A stretch of DNA of 64,000 nt, taken from positions 70,246,001 to 70,310,000 of the forward strand of contig OX597833.1 of NCBI GenBank assembly GCA_951406725.2, given 5' to 3'. This document shows, one piece after another, positions 59,960 to 64,000 of the stretch. The stretch's first letter is position 1. Every line of letters starts with the position of its first letter. The notes beneath the pieces are model-generated. The model was not told where the DNA came from. It did not search any database and was given only the letters and a program-made list of their open reading frames with translations. The DNA is from Octopus vulgaris. Lineage: Eukaryota. The translations under genes were made by a program, and so were the position numbers.

Positions 59960-60648
59960 ATTGTATGCGTGTGTGTATATTAGTATACATCTATGTATGC
60001 GTTTGTACACATGAACGCCTCAACGACACCGTCAGACAGCAAAACAGTCTCTTTGTTTTCCTTGTTGTCTTTCTTTTTTTCTTTTGACTAAAACAAGTTT
60101 AAGAATTACCCCAATAAAACATATTTCACTGATATCTATTTATTCATCTATTCTCTGTTCTCCATTATTGTTCATAACAATACAATACAAATGTTTTCAG
60201 TAAAAAAATTCAAACGTTACAATGGCCGAATTTCTAGGCCGTTTAAGAAAGTGTCCTTTGCATTCACCACTTGCCTTCAAAGATCGGATTTTCAACCGTC
60301 CTGCTGTGAATAATCTGTTATAACTCTTGGTAAAACTTGTGCCCCAGCATGGCCTAAGTATTGACTGATCGAACTGACCTATGATCGAAGTCATTCCAAG
60401 CTATAGTAGGAGACACTTGCCCAAGGTGCCACGCAGTGGGACTGAACCTCGAACCATGTGGTTGGGAAGCAAGATATATATATATATACGCACGCATACA
60501 TACATACATACATACATACATACATACACCCGTGTTTTTTGAGTTCTATCAATCCCGTTTGTACTGTCGATTACATTTTTTATTAAAATTTTATGTATTG
60601 ATTAAGTCTTTCCTTGTTTGTTTTGCAAAATAGTGGTTTTGTCTCTAA

Positions 60649-60705
<57 letters not shown>

Positions 60706-60830
60706 CATATTATATGCATACATACATATACATCCATATATATATATACATATATGTATATTATATATATACATATATATTATAAATATACATATATATT
60801 ATATATATACATATATATTATATATATACA

Positions 60831-60878
<48 letters not shown>

Positions 60879-61190
60879 CACAAATATTCTATAATTACAT
60901 ACATAATTATAATCAAGGAGTCAGCTAATTGCTTCGCCACGCACTGATTTAGAAATAGGAGTTAAATGCCTTTTCTTCCACCATAAAAGATCTCCCAGAT
61001 TATAATTATGTATATAATTATAGAATATTCGTATAATTTTACCTAAAATGGTTATTTTAATGTACTGAGTACTTGGTAAAATTATTAATTTTTAATTAAT
61101 TTTACCCTTTTATTATTATTGAAATATATGCATATACATATATATATATACAAATACATATATACTTACATATAAATATATACATACATA

Positions 61191-61600
61191 GGCGTAGGAG
61201 TGGCTGTGTGGTAAGTAGCTTCTTTACCAACCACATGGTTCCGGGTTCAGTCCCACTGCGTGGCACCTTGGGCAAGTGTCTTCTACTATAGCCGACCAAA
61301 GCCTTGTGAGTGGATTTGGTAGACGGACACTGAAAGAAGCCCGTCGTATATATGTATATATATATATATGTGTGTGCGTGTATGTTTGTATGTCTGTGTT
61401 TGTCCCCCCAACATCGCTTGACAACCGATGCTGGTGTGTTTATGTCCGCGTCACTTAGCGGTTCGGCAAAAGAGATCCGATAGAATAAGTACTGGGCTTA
61501 CAAAGAATCAGTCCCGGGGTCGATGTGTTCGATTAAAGGCGGTGCTCCAGCATGGCCGCAGTCAAATGACTGAAACAAGTAAAAGAGTAAAGAGAGAGAG
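61191..61600 (+). mobile_element. SINE family A, full length
   Basis: Family A consensus. Confidence 0.88.
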
Positions 61601-61667
61601 AGTATACATATATATACATATATATGCATACACACACACACACATATATAGATAGAGAGATAGATAA

Positions 61668-61701
<34 letters not shown>

Positions 61702-62195
61702 CGAGAACCCTATACCAACATATATGTAGATAGAAAGATTGATAATTTTCAGTTTCCAATGGTTCCTGTTTTGTATTCGTTAATGAGTTAGGGTGTGTAC
61801 TGACGCATATGCTCCAATTGGAGAATTGTAATTTGCAAGAGTTCAACGACCGTGTGGCTTGTTAATTTTCATTGACTCAAAAATAGAAAAGTGATTATAG
61901 TCAGAAAGAAAAAACTTATCAACAAACCACAGAAAAACGCTTCGCCATAATTGTGCAATCTTGCGTTATATAGTATATATATATATATATATATCGATAT
62001 TTATTCTCATAGAAGATCGAAAGCGTTTTCTATAATTATTTAATTATCTCTTCTTCAAAACACCAACTTGACAACAAAGCATTGATAATTCTCACGTTTG
62101 ATTGGACTGTTCCATTCCAAAGTGCATTCCTAGAGATTTAATTATCCCACCGAACGCAGAGTAAGATCTTTCCTAATATGAAATAATCTGTTGCG

Positions 62196-62421
62196 AACTG
62201 GCAGAAACGTTAGCACGCCTGGCAATATGTTTAACGGTGCTTCATTCGTCTTTACGTTCTGAGTTCAAATTCCGCCGAGGTCGACTTTGCCTTTCATCCT
62301 TTCGGGGTCGATTAAATAAGTACCAGTTACGCACTGGGGTCGATATAATCGACTTAATCCCTTTGTCTGTCCTTGTTTGTCCTCTCTGTGTTTAGCCCCT
62401 TGTGGGTAGGAAAGAAATAGG
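62196..62421 (+). mobile_element. SINE family B
   Basis: Family B consensus. Confidence 0.85.
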
Positions 62422-62792
62422 TGCTTCATTCGTCTTTACGTTCTGAGTTCACTGTAACTCAGCGGTTCGGTAGAAGATATCGATAGAATAACTATCAAGC
62501 GCTAAAATTAAGTATTGGGATCGATTTTGTCCTCTAAACCCTTCAAGGTGGTGACCCAGCATGGCCGTAGTCCAATGATTGAAACAAGCTAAAGGTAAAA
62601 GACACAAACACACACACGTAAACACACACAAACACACACACACACATAAACACACACACACACGCTCAGACACACAGACACACACACACACGCAAACACA
62701 TAAACACACACACACACACTCAATCTATATCTACAGATATGCGTTGGCTGTCTTTTTCTGTACTGCGATTGTAACTACGCACTCTCCCCCCA

Positions 62793-62823
<31 letters not shown>

Positions 62824-63297
62824 CTTCCTTCTTTCCCTTTCACACACATACACACACACACACACACACACATACACTCCATTACATCAATATACAAACA
62901 AAGGCGGCGCGCTGGCACAATCGTCAAGCACGCTGGGCATGGCGGCATTTCGTCCGTTTTCACATTTCTCTGCTTAAATTCCGCCGAGACCAACTTCGCC
63001 TTTCATCCTTTTAGGGTCAACAAAAAAAGTACCAGTTGGATACTGGGGGTCGATCTAATCAACCTATAAGCCCCCACAAACACCCCCACCCCACCCGCCC
63101 CTCCACAGGCCTTGCTGGCCTCGTGCCAAAACACGCAAACGAACATATGTACACATATCCCCCCAGGCGCTGCAACAACAGATATAAAAATATCTCATTG
63201 TGTGAATATTGCACAAATACCAACGAAAACAGCATACTTAACAAGAAAAAAAAAAGACTTTCATTGGCCCACACACGCAGGTACACGCATATGTGAG

Positions 63298-63341
<44 letters not shown>

Positions 63342-63516
63342 CTTACGTATAAATATGCATGTGTATATGTGTATACATATATATATATATATATCATCTA
63401 TATCATATATAATATATCATATATGTCATATATACATTATATATGTGTATAAGTATGCATAAGAATATTTATATATTTTATTATAATATATATATGTATA
63501 TATGCATATATATATA

Positions 63517-63551
<35 letters not shown>

Positions 63552-63686
63552 ATCATATATATGTATACATATGTATACATATGCATATATATACATATAT
63601 GTATGTGTGTGTGCATGTATATATATATATATATATACATATATGTATGTGTGTGTGCATGTACATATATATATATATATACATAT

Positions 63687-64000
63687 GATTGATTGATTGA
63701 TTGATTGATTGATTCCAGTTCCAGCCTATGAGCTGTGGCCATGCTGGGGCACCGCCATTTGGTGTTGCTACTTGGTTTCACTTCATGGGGGCTTTCTAGC
63801 AACTGCTATTTGGTGCATGAGAGAGTTCGATGCAGCTGCCCTCATCTGCCCCTCCTGCCGTGAAGTTGGTTCATCTGGGACACCAGACAGGAAGAGATCC
63901 AGCTTCATTTTAAAGACATCTGTATCCACCCCATGCAGGTCTCTCAGGTTCTTCGGGAGGATATTGAAGAGCTGTGGGCCTCGGAAGCCCAGGCTATCAC
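63687..64000 (-). mobile_element. 3' end of a CR1-like LINE (continues beyond the window)
   Basis: Open frame DSLGFRGPQLFNILPKNLRDL...FKMKLDLFLSGVPDEPT...SNSLMHQ*, then a 3' UTR and (AATC)n tail. Confidence 0.85.

Overview
AT-rich eukaryotic DNA saturated with microsatellites and SINEs. The repeat landscape looks like an octopus or other cephalopod genome; this is inference. The main gene is a complete PLAT-domain lipoxygenase (LOX) on the minus strand: 15 coding exons, 43190 to 15156, 2022 nt, 673 aa, all GT-AG introns with matching phases. It has iron ligands His360/His365/His552/Asn556/C-terminal Ile673 and a Gly at the stereo-determining site. It faces, tail to tail, the last three exons of a paralogous LOX on the plus strand (859-3898), and the pair shows patchwork identity suggestive of gene conversion. 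The rest is SINEs, CR1-like, RLE-type and Penelope-like retroelement relics, a Helitron, MITEs, minisatellites and microsatellites. Nearly all ORFs in the supplied track are low-complexity artefacts. The most notable unexplained signal is two foldback elements in LOX introns, each with a complete type I hammerhead-ribozyme core on the pre-mRNA strand, plus several degenerate hammerhead-like motifs in small (TA)n-embedded elements.
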